From a virus (Duplodnaviria; Caudoviricetes), in the IMG/VR virus record IMGVR_UViG_3300046167_000476, positions 813-64,812 of that record: 64,000 nt of DNA; one strand, written 5' to 3'. Numbering within the stretch: the first letter of the stretch is position 1; every line of letters begins with the position of its first letter. Positions 1 to 9,218 of this stretch are shown piece by piece. A program made the position numbers and the translations under genes. The notes beneath the pieces are model-generated. The model made no database searches, was not told the DNA's origin, and was given only the letters and a program-made list of their open reading frames with translations.

Positions 1-804
1 TTTAGCAACAGATATTTTATCTTCACTATTGTAGTATGATACACCGTTGCTTATAGCTATACTTGTATTTATTTTTCTAGGTTGATTTCTATTGTCTGTC
101 CAAAATAAAAGGTTCTCTAGTAGATTAACACCTATAATGGGTTTGTTTGTAGAAAAGTTTAAAAAAGCACCTTCAAGTAATTTAACTCTTTGATTACTTA
201 AAATGTTGTAAGAATATATAAAATTTCTAGCTGCCGTACTGTAAGTAGATACATCTCCAGAGTAAGGATCTGTATAATTTGTAAAAAATAAATAAACAAA
301 ACTAGTAGATTCGTCTACAACATAACCTATACACTCAATATTAAAATCAGAAGCTTTAAGTGTTATTGCTGGTCCAGACGAACCAGTACCTAGTTGGTTT
401 GAATTTACAGTGATAACATCTCCTACAGAATAACCTGAGCCAGACGCTACAACGTTTATAGATACTGTTGTGGCATTGGTAACGGTAGCGCTTAAAACTA
501 AGCCACTACCAGAACCTCCAGAATATGTTGGATTATAAGCTCCCGCTGTACCATTAGAGAGTGAAGTAGTTATACTGCTAGTTAAAACATCAGAGCCTGT
601 AGCAATAACGCCAGCGTCTAAAGCAAAATCACCGTTTACAGTAACAGCGTTACCGAGTATATTTTCTAAAGCTCCTACATCTTCACCTTGAGATCTACTG
701 ACTTGTATATTCTTAGCATCTCTATACTCTCCATTAGGTATAAGTCTAGAATCCAAGTCTTTATTCATCTTGGATTTTATGAAAGCATTTTTAACTTCAG
801 CCAT
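1..804 (-). CDS. Tail stabilisation/muzzle protein (P22 gp10/crAss-like), N-terminal part; runs off the window start
   Basis: ATG at 804, reading MAEVKNAFIKSKMNKDLDSRLIPNGEYRDAKNIQVSRSQGEDVGALENILGN; follows the ring-protein genes; not in the supplied ORF track. Confidence 0.75.
   Translation of the reverse strand, partial: MAEVKNAFIKSKMNKDLDSRLIPNGEYRDAKNIQVSRSQGEDVGALENILGNAVTVNGDFALDAGVIATGSDVLTSSITTSLSNGTAGAYNPTYSGGSGSGLVLSATVTNATTVSINVVASGSGYSVGDVITVNSNQLGTGSSGPAITLKASDFNIECIGYVVDESTSFVYLFFTNYTDPYSGDVSTYSTAARNFIYSYNILSNQRVKLLEGAFLNFSTNKPIIGVNLLENLLFWTDNRNQPRKINTSIAISNGVSYYNSEDKISVAK
340..585 (-). repeat. 82-codon module, copy 1 (in the muzzle gene)
   Basis: LTSSITT...LKASDFN; paralogous to 2212-2457. 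Confidence 0.9.
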
Positions 805-810
805 TTAATT

Positions 811-2040
811 CTAGTGTTTTAACCATTTAGATTTACCTCTCATAGTTTGAACTATTTCATCAAGCTTTATGTTAGATAATCTTATCTTTGCGTTTCTAAG
901 TTTTGCAGACTTTTCTTTCTTAAGTCTTTGTACAATATACTCTGGTTGATTTATTCTAGTAGAAATTATAGCATGTGAAATATAAGCATACATAGCTTCT
1001 TCAATCATTTTAGGTATTCTAGTGTCTAAGCTAGAAGACAAACCATCAGATATATATTCTAAAACTATTAATTTATCAACTAAGTTAGATGAAAAAGAAA
1101 ATTTACCTTCTCTATCATTTATAGTGAACCAACCATTAGCGTTTGCGTATTGAGGATCTAAACCGTAAACCCCTCCATAACCATAACCAACTCCGTTGCC
1201 GTAAAGACCGTTAGCTAAAGCGTTGTCAATGTCAGCTGATTGGTCATTTTTGTAAAAGTTACTTTTCCATCTTTCCTCAACCACTGAAGTACTTTCAATG
1301 TTGTCACTGTTAGCATCTTGAGTAGGTTGACCTTCACTATCCTGTACGGGTGTTTGATATGGGTTTGTTGTTAGTTTTGTTGGGTATATTTTGTGAGCAA
1401 TACCTTGACTATCGTACCAAGACATGCTAACATAGTTAACGTAGTCTTGAGGCATTATAACACTAAGGTTATTAGGTATTGTTAATTCTTGAGAGTTTAT
1501 GCTTTTAAGCGTATCATAACTAAACTCTTGCATTGCGCGTTTAGCGTGAAATATAATATCTGTTCTCTTACAGCTAGGTATTAATTTACCGTTACCAATA
1601 TATGCGACTATAAAGTTATTTATTATGTCATTCAACTTAATGTAACCATAAGACCCGTAGTTATCTTCGGTGGTATTTCCATAAGCTTTTTCGGAAGCTG
1701 TATTACCATATACTCCACCATCTAGTCTTTTTAACTGAACAACTACAGTTGCGCTCGCTGCTATAGCTCCAGTTATAGTCACGGTGTTATTCGACACAGT
1801 GTAAGCTGTAACCTCTGTAAAACTACCACCAACACCAGTTGGGCTTACATAAACCTTAAAATTGTTTAAAGCGTATTGTGGGTCAGTCGTTACAGTAGAG
1901 TAAAATACTAGATTAGTATCGAAAGTGGTGGTAAAACTCTGTCCAGTTAAATCACCAGAAGCTTTTCCCGTGAAACCTTGTGCACCCTCGTAGTATTGTC
2001 TATTGTTTTCGGTTATTAAACCACCATTTGGTAAAGGCAT
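811..2040 (-). CDS. Head-tail connector/ring (tail tubular-like) structural protein
   Basis: 409 aa; lies between capsid and muzzle genes; PQDYVNYV and LEYISDG motifs resemble crAss-like ring proteins. Confidence 0.6.
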   Translation of the reverse strand: MPLPNGGLITENNRQYYEGAQGFTGKASGDLTGQSFTTTFDTNLVFYSTVTTDPQYALNNFKVYVSPTGVGGSFTEVTAYTVSNNTVTITGAIAASATVVVQLKRLDGGVYGNTASEKAYGNTTEDNYGSYGYIKLNDIINNFIVAYIGNGKLIPSCKRTDIIFHAKRAMQEFSYDTLKSINSQELTIPNNLSVIMPQDYVNYVSMSWYDSQGIAHKIYPTKLTTNPYQTPVQDSEGQPTQDANSDNIESTSVVEERWKSNFYKNDQSADIDNALANGLYGNGVGYGYGGVYGLDPQYANANGWFTINDREGKFSFSSNLVDKLIVLEYISDGLSSSLDTRIPKMIEEAMYAYISHAIISTRINQPEYIVQRLKKEKSAKLRNAKIRLSNIKLDEIVQTMRGKSKWLKH

Positions 2041-2046
2041 ATCTTA

Positions 2047-3111
2047 TTAGCTTTTTTGATTTATTTCGTTTTGTTGTACTTCGCTAGCGGCTGCTTGCAC
2101 TATCTGGGGATCTCTTATTATTATACCTGCATACAATAATATTTTAAGTATAAGTCTAGTTTGTTCTGATTCTTGAAGTTCAAAATTTGTAGAACCATAA
2201 GTACTACCACCGTTAAAGTCTGATGCTTTTAAAGTTATAACTGGTTTTTGAGATCCGCTACCAAGTTGACCATTGTTTATAGTAATAACATCACCAATAG
2301 CATATCCAGTGCCAGGTGATACTATATTGACAGAGACGGTAGTTGCATTTGTAACTACAGCACTTAAAGTTAAACCATTACCAGATCCTCCTGTAAAAGT
2401 TGGCGTGTAGGTTCCTGCTGTTCCACTAGCTAAAGGTGTAGTTATACTGCTAGTTAAAGACCCTCCTTTGTTTAAAAGACTTGGATTGTAAATAGTTGGG
2501 TCGTATATATACTGACCTACGCTTCCAGAATAATAACCCCACCTTACGTTAAGTGGTTTTCTTAAAAAGTCTACAGTTATATTACCAGCTTGATTTATGC
2601 TAGTTGGCCTAACGTATAGTTTTTTATTCTCGTATAAATATGTAGGAAAGTCTTTTGTTGATGCTGTTAGTGGTGATTTTTCTATATTGTAAAATTCACT
2701 ACGTGGTAATCTCTGTAGCTCTACTGGTAATCCAATAGAAGGATTATATGTTACAGTACCTAACTTGTAGAAAGAGACTTGGCTAGCGCCAGGCTCTTGA
2801 CCATCATAGAGTATTGTGTTTGAGTAAGTATCCGTAGTTGGCAACTGCCAAGTTCCAGCATTATAAGTGCAGCTTCCAAATGTTTTAAACGGAGATATTT
2901 TCTCATCTATGTTTAACTGTCTATCTGAGTAATCTAGATCGACTTGTGGCACTCGTAACTGTTGGTTTAAATCATCAAAGTATTGATCAAATATGTCAAG
3001 TTGTGATTGTGTAGCTATTCTGTTATACTCTACAGGTGTCATATATCCACGCTGCTCTTTATTTAGTATCAACAAAACGGTTTGATATACAGTATTTACG
3101 TTTATTGCCAT
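2047..3111 (-). CDS. Head-tail connector/ring protein with an inserted GxGY..GD beta-module
   Basis: 354 aa; N-terminal LNKEQRGYMTPVEYN motif; position in the structural operon. Confidence 0.6.
   Translation of the reverse strand: MAINVNTVYQTVLLILNKEQRGYMTPVEYNRIATQSQLDIFDQYFDDLNQQLRVPQVDLDYSDRQLNIDEKISPFKTFGSCTYNAGTWQLPTTDTYSNTILYDGQEPGASQVSFYKLGTVTYNPSIGLPVELQRLPRSEFYNIEKSPLTASTKDFPTYLYENKKLYVRPTSINQAGNITVDFLRKPLNVRWGYYSGSVGQYIYDPTIYNPSLLNKGGSLTSSITTPLASGTAGTYTPTFTGGSGNGLTLSAVVTNATTVSVNIVSPGTGYAIGDVITINNGQLGSGSQKPVITLKASDFNGGSTYGSTNFELQESEQTRLILKILLYAGIIIRDPQIVQAAASEVQQNEINQKS
2212..2457 (-). repeat. 82-codon module, copy 2 (in the ring-protein gene)
   Basis: 58 of 82 residues identical to copy 1 by manual ungapped alignment. 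Confidence 0.9.
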
Positions 3112-3127
3112 TATTTTATATTTAAAT

Positions 3128-3157
3128 ATATGGAGCGGTTTTACCCGCCCCTATATA
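3128..3157 (-). terminator. GC-rich hairpin between the 276-aa gene and the ring-protein gene
   Basis: ATATGGAGCGG-TTTTAC-CCGCCCCTATAT imperfect inverted repeat. Confidence 0.45.
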
Positions 3158-3184
3158 TTATTACCTGTTAATTAATCTTTTTAT
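3156..3184 (-). promoter_or_regulatory. Late promoter motif copy (ATAAA-N15-GTAATAATA)
   Basis: 20-nt spacing between the starts of the two boxes, as in the other copies. Confidence 0.55.
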
Positions 3185-3998
3185 CTATAGATTTATATAT
3201 TTCAACACCTTCATCTGTTTTTAAGAAGTATGCAAATGCTGAATAAGGATTTTCATCGAAAGGAACTTCCATTAATTTTCTCCCGTTACTAGCCCAAGTA
3301 AAGTATCTCTGGTCATCTGACAAGTTTATGATATTAGCCTCAGTGGCTTGTATTGCAAAATTCCTTAATTGTACATTTTCATCATTAGCTAAATCTAAGA
3401 ACAAACCTGGACTCATCTTAGCAAACAATAGTAAATCTCTTTTTAGCTCTTTAGAACTCATCTTAGACACCTTAGATCCTAACTCAACTCTCAATATTGC
3501 TTCAGCATGGTCTATATCCATACCTCTCGCGGCATTTAAAGCATCAATTTGGAGTTCTAATATATCTAGTTCATCTTCTGCTATCTCAACTTGATCAAGT
3601 TCTTTGTATAATCTATTTTTCAAAGGGTGATACAAAGATAATACTTTTTGAAGATTTTGTTTTTCTTTTGGAACAAATAACGCACCATCTTTAAATATAA
3701 TGTGACCTAAAGTAGCTTCACCTTGTTGCTCTTTTACGAACGGAGAAGATTGGTTTGTTGCATATCTTATTTCTTTTTGTTCACCAGTGTTTTTATCAAA
3801 GTGTAGTAAAGCGTGTTTTGACGTGTGTTTACTAGGTATTGTAAATGTTATTGGTGATTTATTAGAATTTAATACGTATGTTCTATCTTTTATTTCCCAA
3901 CTTGGTTTAGCTGGTTGTGTTTTTGTAGGAGCTTTTGCTACTACTTCTTGCTGAGGAGCAACCTCAACTTTCTTTGCTGGTGCTTTTTTTGCAGCCAT
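3168..3998 (-). CDS. Conserved virion-associated protein downstream of the major capsid gene
   Basis: 276 aa; Lys/Ala/Pro-rich N-terminus; synteny. Confidence 0.5.
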   Translation of the reverse strand: MAAKKAPAKKVEVAPQQEVVAKAPTKTQPAKPSWEIKDRTYVLNSNKSPITFTIPSKHTSKHALLHFDKNTGEQKEIRYATNQSSPFVKEQQGEATLGHIIFKDGALFVPKEKQNLQKVLSLYHPLKNRLYKELDQVEIAEDELDILELQIDALNAARGMDIDHAEAILRVELGSKVSKMSSKELKRDLLLFAKMSPGLFLDLANDENVQLRNFAIQATEANIINLSDDQRYFTWASNGRKLMEVPFDENPYSAFAYFLKTDEGVEIYKSIDKKIN

Positions 3999-4034
3999 AA
4001 TATAATATAATTAAATAGTTTATAAGGGTAATAA

Positions 4035-4061
4035 TTACCCCCGTTAGTTCAACGAGGGTAA
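4035..4061 (-). terminator. Hairpin after the major capsid gene
   Basis: TTACCCCCGTT-AGTTC-AACGAGGGTAA inverted repeat. Confidence 0.55.
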
Positions 4062-4088
4062 GAATTACATTTGTTATTTAGTGATTAC
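4060..4088 (-). promoter_or_regulatory. Late promoter motif copy (GTAAT-N15-GTAATTCTT)
   Basis: Same spacing; upstream of the 276-aa gene. Confidence 0.55.
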
Positions 4089-5551
4089 ACACCTTTGAAT
4101 AATACAAAGTTGTTAGCACCTTGTACACATAAACATCTTTCAGATAAGAAGTTTACTTCCATAGCATCTAGATCAGATGTAGAAGCTCCACCGGCAGAAC
4201 CAGTTACCCATTGCTTCATTCTTCTGTCATTTGCTTGAGAAGCTCTATATCTTACGTGTAAGAAAGGACGTCTGATGTTTGTACCTAATACTTGATCATA
4301 AACCGTAGAAGTTCCAGCTGGTACTAATACACCTTCGATAGAAGAAGTTCCAGTCATAGCTCCACGAGTAGAAGCATCGTTTAAGTATTTCCAGTCAGTC
4401 TTATAGAAGTCATAAGAACCTCTTCTGAATCCAGAGAAACCTAAGTTCAATGCCATTTCTTCAGAGTTTTCAAATAATCCATAAGCAGTACCACCTTGAG
4501 CACCTCCAGAGATTGCAGCTAACATATCGTCAAAATCTAAAGACGTTTGTCTTTGTAAGAATAACATGTTTTCTTCAATAGCTCCTTGAGTATCTAAATT
4601 TTTCAAGATATCATCGAAAGTATCAAGACCTGCAGAAGCAGTAAACCCTACGTTTACGTTACCTCTATCTTCGATAGCAGCGAATAAACCTTGAGTACCT
4701 TTATACCCAGCAGCAGCAGCTGATCCAGCGCCAGCTCCTGTAGCTTTTTCTCCTTCTACTACAGACATTTCTAGGTAGTCTTCAAAACGTAGTCTAGTTT
4801 CAGACTCAGCTTTTAAGTACCATAAATATCCAGATGTTCCGTCTTCAGTAGCAACTTCTACCCAACCGATTTGAGCCATATCAGATCCGTTTACAACGTA
4901 TTTATTTCTGATGATGATTGGTGAGTTAGAAAATTGAGTGAAAGAAGGATCTACAGATACATACCCGTCAGCAGCTCCTGCGCTTACAGTAGAGTTAGGT
5001 GTAGATGAACCTTTTCCATATTCAGATCCAAATACAAAAATCTTTACACCTGTAGCAGCTAAACCAGCGATGGTTGCAGCAGAGTAAGGACTTACAACTA
5101 AAGCTCCAGTTGTTAAGTTAGATGAAATTACAACAGCTTTGATTTCAAAACCTGTTGAATCCATAGCAACGATAGTAGCTCCAGGAGATACAACGTTTGC
5201 AACGTAATCTTTAGGATCAGCTGGGTTTAAAGCAACTGGGATAGTAATTGTACTTGTTGTTCCTGCTACACCACTAGTACATCCTTCGTAAGAGATATGT
5301 AATCTATTTTGCTCAGACCAAATTACTTGATCAGAAGTCATTGGCATTTCAGCACCTACCATTCTTAAGAATCCAGATAAAGTTCTGTTTCCGTAACGCT
5401 CTACTTCTTGTTCGTAGATTTCTGGTAAGTATTGTTGTGCGAAAGTATCAGTATTACCTGCACCTCCGTCGTTAAACTTTAGATAATTGCTATCTAAAAT
5501 TTCTTGTTTTTGAGATGGTTTCAATGAACCAAATGTTGGACTTAAACTCAT
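4085..5551 (-). CDS. Major capsid protein (HK97 fold, crAss/Flavobacteriia-phage type)
   Basis: 488 aa after portal and scaffold; GYLWYLK, TQGLFAAIEDRG and GFSGFRRGSYDF motifs; strongly biased codon usage. Confidence 0.85.
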   Translation of the reverse strand: MSLSPTFGSLKPSQKQEILDSNYLKFNDGGAGNTDTFAQQYLPEIYEQEVERYGNRTLSGFLRMVGAEMPMTSDQVIWSEQNRLHISYEGCTSGVAGTTSTITIPVALNPADPKDYVANVVSPGATIVAMDSTGFEIKAVVISSNLTTGALVVSPYSAATIAGLAATGVKIFVFGSEYGKGSSTPNSTVSAGAADGYVSVDPSFTQFSNSPIIIRNKYVVNGSDMAQIGWVEVATEDGTSGYLWYLKAESETRLRFEDYLEMSVVEGEKATGAGAGSAAAAGYKGTQGLFAAIEDRGNVNVGFTASAGLDTFDDILKNLDTQGAIEENMLFLQRQTSLDFDDMLAAISGGAQGGTAYGLFENSEEMALNLGFSGFRRGSYDFYKTDWKYLNDASTRGAMTGTSSIEGVLVPAGTSTVYDQVLGTNIRRPFLHVRYRASQANDRRMKQWVTGSAGGASTSDLDAMEVNFLSERCLCVQGANNFVLFKGV

Positions 5552-5566
5552 TTTTGTTTAATTTTG

Positions 5567-6766
5567 TTAGTTAAATTTTCTAGTTTTTACTTTTAATTTT
5601 GAAGAATCAGCACCGGAAATAGCTCTAACTTTTAAACCATTAATAAACACGTCACCACTACTAGTTTTTCTAGGTTCAGTTGAAATGTTTTTTGATTTGA
5701 CCATAACATCTCTAACAGCATCAGCTTTGCCTTGCTCATAAAAATGTTGTGCTATAGTATCAGCGTTTCTAGCAGCGTATAAAGCTTTGTGGTAACCTTT
5801 AGTATCTTTAACCTCTCCTTTATCATTTAGGAACGTCCCAATGAAATTAGAGATATCAGATTGTGCTTCTGCTACCTTTTGTGGATTTTTCACGCTGTAT
5901 CTAAATTTACTTTCACCAACATTAAAATCAAAACCTTTGAAATCATCAGTTAATAGTTCGTTAGTACGTTTTAAAAAATCCGAGTGTTTTGCTTTACCAG
6001 CTTTCTGCTCTTCGTTATATCGGTTAAAAAAGTCAGTTGCTTTTTGTTGGTCCTGAGTTACGCCTGGTCTCAACTTGATCTCATCGTAATATTTACTCTT
6101 GGTTTCCTCTAAAAAGTTCCTAGCTTTTGCAACTTCTTCTTTAAATGCAAGTTTTTTCTTGCGTATATCTCTTTGCTCGTCAATATCTTCATCATATGAA
6201 AAATCTTCTAGCAAAAGACTTATATCGTCACCTTCTAAATAAGGTTTTGTTTGTTTATAGTATTCTTTTAATAGCGTCTCATTATCGATGTTTGAGTAAT
6301 CGGCATTGAGCCTAACATAATCATTTATATCTCCACCAGTCTCCTCCATAAAGTTTACTAGTTTTTCGATGTTTTCAGGTAAAGGCTTGCCTAATACTTT
6401 TTCATCTCTTACAGCTTCTTTATATTCAGTGGTTACTTTATCAGCCTCTTCGTTATCATCTTCACTTACTAATTGTATTGGTGAATCTACTTCTTCTTCG
6501 GACTCCCGTATTTCTTTAACCACTGCTTCGCCGTTTGAACTGTTTTCGGGTTTTTTGACAATAACATCGCTATCATCTGTCGCTTGTGTTTGAATGGCAT
6601 CAGTTTCTTTTTTTATTACTACCTTTGTGATATCTGGTTCTGTCTCGATTAAAGGCTCTTTCATGCTAACCTTAGTAACATTGTTTTCTGGTGTAGCTAA
6701 TTTTTTAGGTGTCTTTCTTTTTTTTAATTTAAATTCACCCTCTTGTTTTACTGTTTGTTCTGACAT
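5567..6766 (-). CDS. Capsid scaffolding protein
   Basis: 399 aa, acidic and coiled-coil, between portal and capsid genes. Confidence 0.65.
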   Translation of the reverse strand: MSEQTVKQEGEFKLKKRKTPKKLATPENNVTKVSMKEPLIETEPDITKVVIKKETDAIQTQATDDSDVIVKKPENSSNGEAVVKEIRESEEEVDSPIQLVSEDDNEEADKVTTEYKEAVRDEKVLGKPLPENIEKLVNFMEETGGDINDYVRLNADYSNIDNETLLKEYYKQTKPYLEGDDISLLLEDFSYDEDIDEQRDIRKKKLAFKEEVAKARNFLEETKSKYYDEIKLRPGVTQDQQKATDFFNRYNEEQKAGKAKHSDFLKRTNELLTDDFKGFDFNVGESKFRYSVKNPQKVAEAQSDISNFIGTFLNDKGEVKDTKGYHKALYAARNADTIAQHFYEQGKADAVRDVMVKSKNISTEPRKTSSGDVFINGLKVRAISGADSSKLKVKTRKFN

Positions 6767-6797
6767 AATATAATAATATAAAATTAATAAAGTTTTT

Positions 6798-9218
6798 TTA
6801 TCTAGGGTCGAATTGTTCTAATCCGAAACCACCTAGTGAGTCAAAACCTGAAGACTCAAAATTCTTGGGTAGTTCATCGTTCTGACGTTGTGCTATAAGC
6901 TCTGATTGTTGTGTAGCTTGTATTCTAGTTCTTTCGTCTTTACGATCTTCTATATCTTTTTCTTTTACTTTTTCAGCATCAGCTCTGGCTTTAGCTAACT
7001 GAATATTATAGTTAAACTCTTCGGCCATAAGCTCTTTTTTTATCTGAGCTTCAGTCTGCATACGTTGCATCTCAAATTGAGACTTACCTTGTTCTATTTG
7101 AAGAGTTGTTTGAGCTAATGCTTGTTGCTTTTGAACCTCAGCCATAGCAGCTTTTTCAGCACCCTGAGCATTTGCTTGAGCTTGAGCCTGTATATTCTCC
7201 ATTTGAGCTTTTCTATCAGCCTCCATTTTCTGCTTACGTTTTATTTTAAGCATTTGGTTAGCTAACTTAATATTAGATATTTGTCTTAAATCTATAACAT
7301 CTTCAAGGTCAATACCTCCAGACTGTAATGCTATCTGTATATTTCTTTCTAGTATTTGTTTTTCTTCTTCATCAGGCTCTAAATCCAAGAATATACCAAA
7401 CTCGTGCATGTTTAGTTTTTCCACTTGCTCTAAAGTGTTTACATTAAAACTACTTATAGAGTTCATTAAAGCGTTTTTAGTTAAAGGGAAGTTCAACATA
7501 TCAGCCGCTCTTAGACTTATATTCTCACATATCCTAACAGTGATATACATTAATGATTGAAGTATATGTTTAGTAGCTGTGTTTGATGCGGCTGCTGCTA
7601 GTTTTTGTAAACCAACTAAAGAGTCTTTTGCTGGTTGACTACCATCTCTAGCTTCATTAAGCCCTGTGACATCTCTTATCATTTGTAAGTAATACTGATA
7701 AGTTTGTATAAGCGCTTGTATCTTGCTCATACCTGACGATGTTTGTAATTCTTGTATAGGCACTTTAGCTCTGTTAGGATCACCATCTTGTGTTAATGAT
7801 CTACCAACAATACTACCAGTTTGGAAGTACATATTAAGAGCTTCTTGCGGATTATAGTTTGTTCCGTTACCCAAATCAACCTCAGCTAATCCATCTACAT
7901 CCACAAAGACACCGTCTGGCACCATACGCGCTAATACCTGTTGTATCTTCAAATGAGTTAATTGTATCATATCAGCAAAACCAATAGTCTTACTGACTAT
8001 ACTTTCAACTCTACCTTTATACATCCTAGGAGCAGATATAGTGTAGTTCATGTTAACTCTAGTCTGATCACTAAAAGGTCTAGTCATATTTTCTGCTAAC
8101 TCCCATTTTAGCATTTTTTCATAGCCTAATATCTTAGCACCACTATATAATACCTCTATAGATCTACTAACTCTATTAAAGTTATCACTTTCGGGTGGAT
8201 CAAAAGTATCGTCTTTTTCTAAAGCTTTTTCTAAACCTTGATCTGTTTGTTTTATTTTAAATACTTGATTACTATATGTCTTGTATTCAAAATAAAGTAC
8301 TTGTACGTTATCGTAGTTACCGTCTTGGCCATTGAAACTTCTATTATAGCTAGAGTCACCTGGAAATCTTTGTATCTCTATAAGATCCTCATCTGTTAAG
8401 TCTGGAAATTGTTTTTTAACTTCTTCCAACGAAACACTTTTTACTTCACCTACATAATATATATCCTCAAAGTTAGGGTCTTCAGTGTATGAGTAAACCA
8501 AGTTAACTGGATCTACATAATCAACAGTAACTCCATTAGCTAAATTAAAATCAGTTTTACTTGCTCCAACACCTAATACTACTAAATCGTATGCTACTCT
8601 TTTCTTTACCTCTTCATACTTATTATAATCTAACACATTGTTTATAAGCTCTTCTTCAGCTATTTCTACAGCCTGCTTATATGTTAGTTGCATATGTAAC
8701 TCAAGTTCCTCCTTACTTTTAGGTAATTGATCTTTAGGTACATTAGTTCTACTTAAGTCAATTCCAAAATTTTGCTGTGCTTCTTGTATTAAGTCTTGTG
8801 AAAAAGCATCTTCAGCTAAATCAGAGGCGTGTTGTGTTCTTTCTTTTACAGCGAAAGGATCTGAAGCAAACGACTTTATTTCGTATCCCTTATCTGTCAT
8901 CCCATTAACAACAATGTCAACAAACTTAGACAGTACAGCTACAGGTTTCCAGTCTAGATTTAAATAGCTTAAATCACCGTTTATAGATAATTCATCTTTA
9001 TACTTTTGCACGGATTGTTCTCCTCTGGCGTATAATCTTAATTTGTGAAAGTATTGCCAATTGCTTGCGAATCTACCACCAATATTAGTACCTCTATCAC
9101 CCTTGAACCATTCATTTTCAATAGCTCTACCTACAGCATAACCATATTCTAAGGTTTGCTTTTCTGCGTCTGGTACTACCTGACTAGGGAAAGAACTGTT
9201 TGTGTTAGTATAAATCAT
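6798..9218 (-). CDS. Portal protein
   Basis: 806 aa directly after TerL; GLNEARDG motif; long Gln/Ala-rich C-terminal coiled coil as in podoviral portals. Confidence 0.85.
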   Translation of the reverse strand: MIYTNTNSSFPSQVVPDAEKQTLEYGYAVGRAIENEWFKGDRGTNIGGRFASNWQYFHKLRLYARGEQSVQKYKDELSINGDLSYLNLDWKPVAVLSKFVDIVVNGMTDKGYEIKSFASDPFAVKERTQHASDLAEDAFSQDLIQEAQQNFGIDLSRTNVPKDQLPKSKEELELHMQLTYKQAVEIAEEELINNVLDYNKYEEVKKRVAYDLVVLGVGASKTDFNLANGVTVDYVDPVNLVYSYTEDPNFEDIYYVGEVKSVSLEEVKKQFPDLTDEDLIEIQRFPGDSSYNRSFNGQDGNYDNVQVLYFEYKTYSNQVFKIKQTDQGLEKALEKDDTFDPPESDNFNRVSRSIEVLYSGAKILGYEKMLKWELAENMTRPFSDQTRVNMNYTISAPRMYKGRVESIVSKTIGFADMIQLTHLKIQQVLARMVPDGVFVDVDGLAEVDLGNGTNYNPQEALNMYFQTGSIVGRSLTQDGDPNRAKVPIQELQTSSGMSKIQALIQTYQYYLQMIRDVTGLNEARDGSQPAKDSLVGLQKLAAAASNTATKHILQSLMYITVRICENISLRAADMLNFPLTKNALMNSISSFNVNTLEQVEKLNMHEFGIFLDLEPDEEEKQILERNIQIALQSGGIDLEDVIDLRQISNIKLANQMLKIKRKQKMEADRKAQMENIQAQAQANAQGAEKAAMAEVQKQQALAQTTLQIEQGKSQFEMQRMQTEAQIKKELMAEEFNYNIQLAKARADAEKVKEKDIEDRKDERTRIQATQQSELIAQRQNDELPKNFESSGFDSLGGFGLEQFDPR

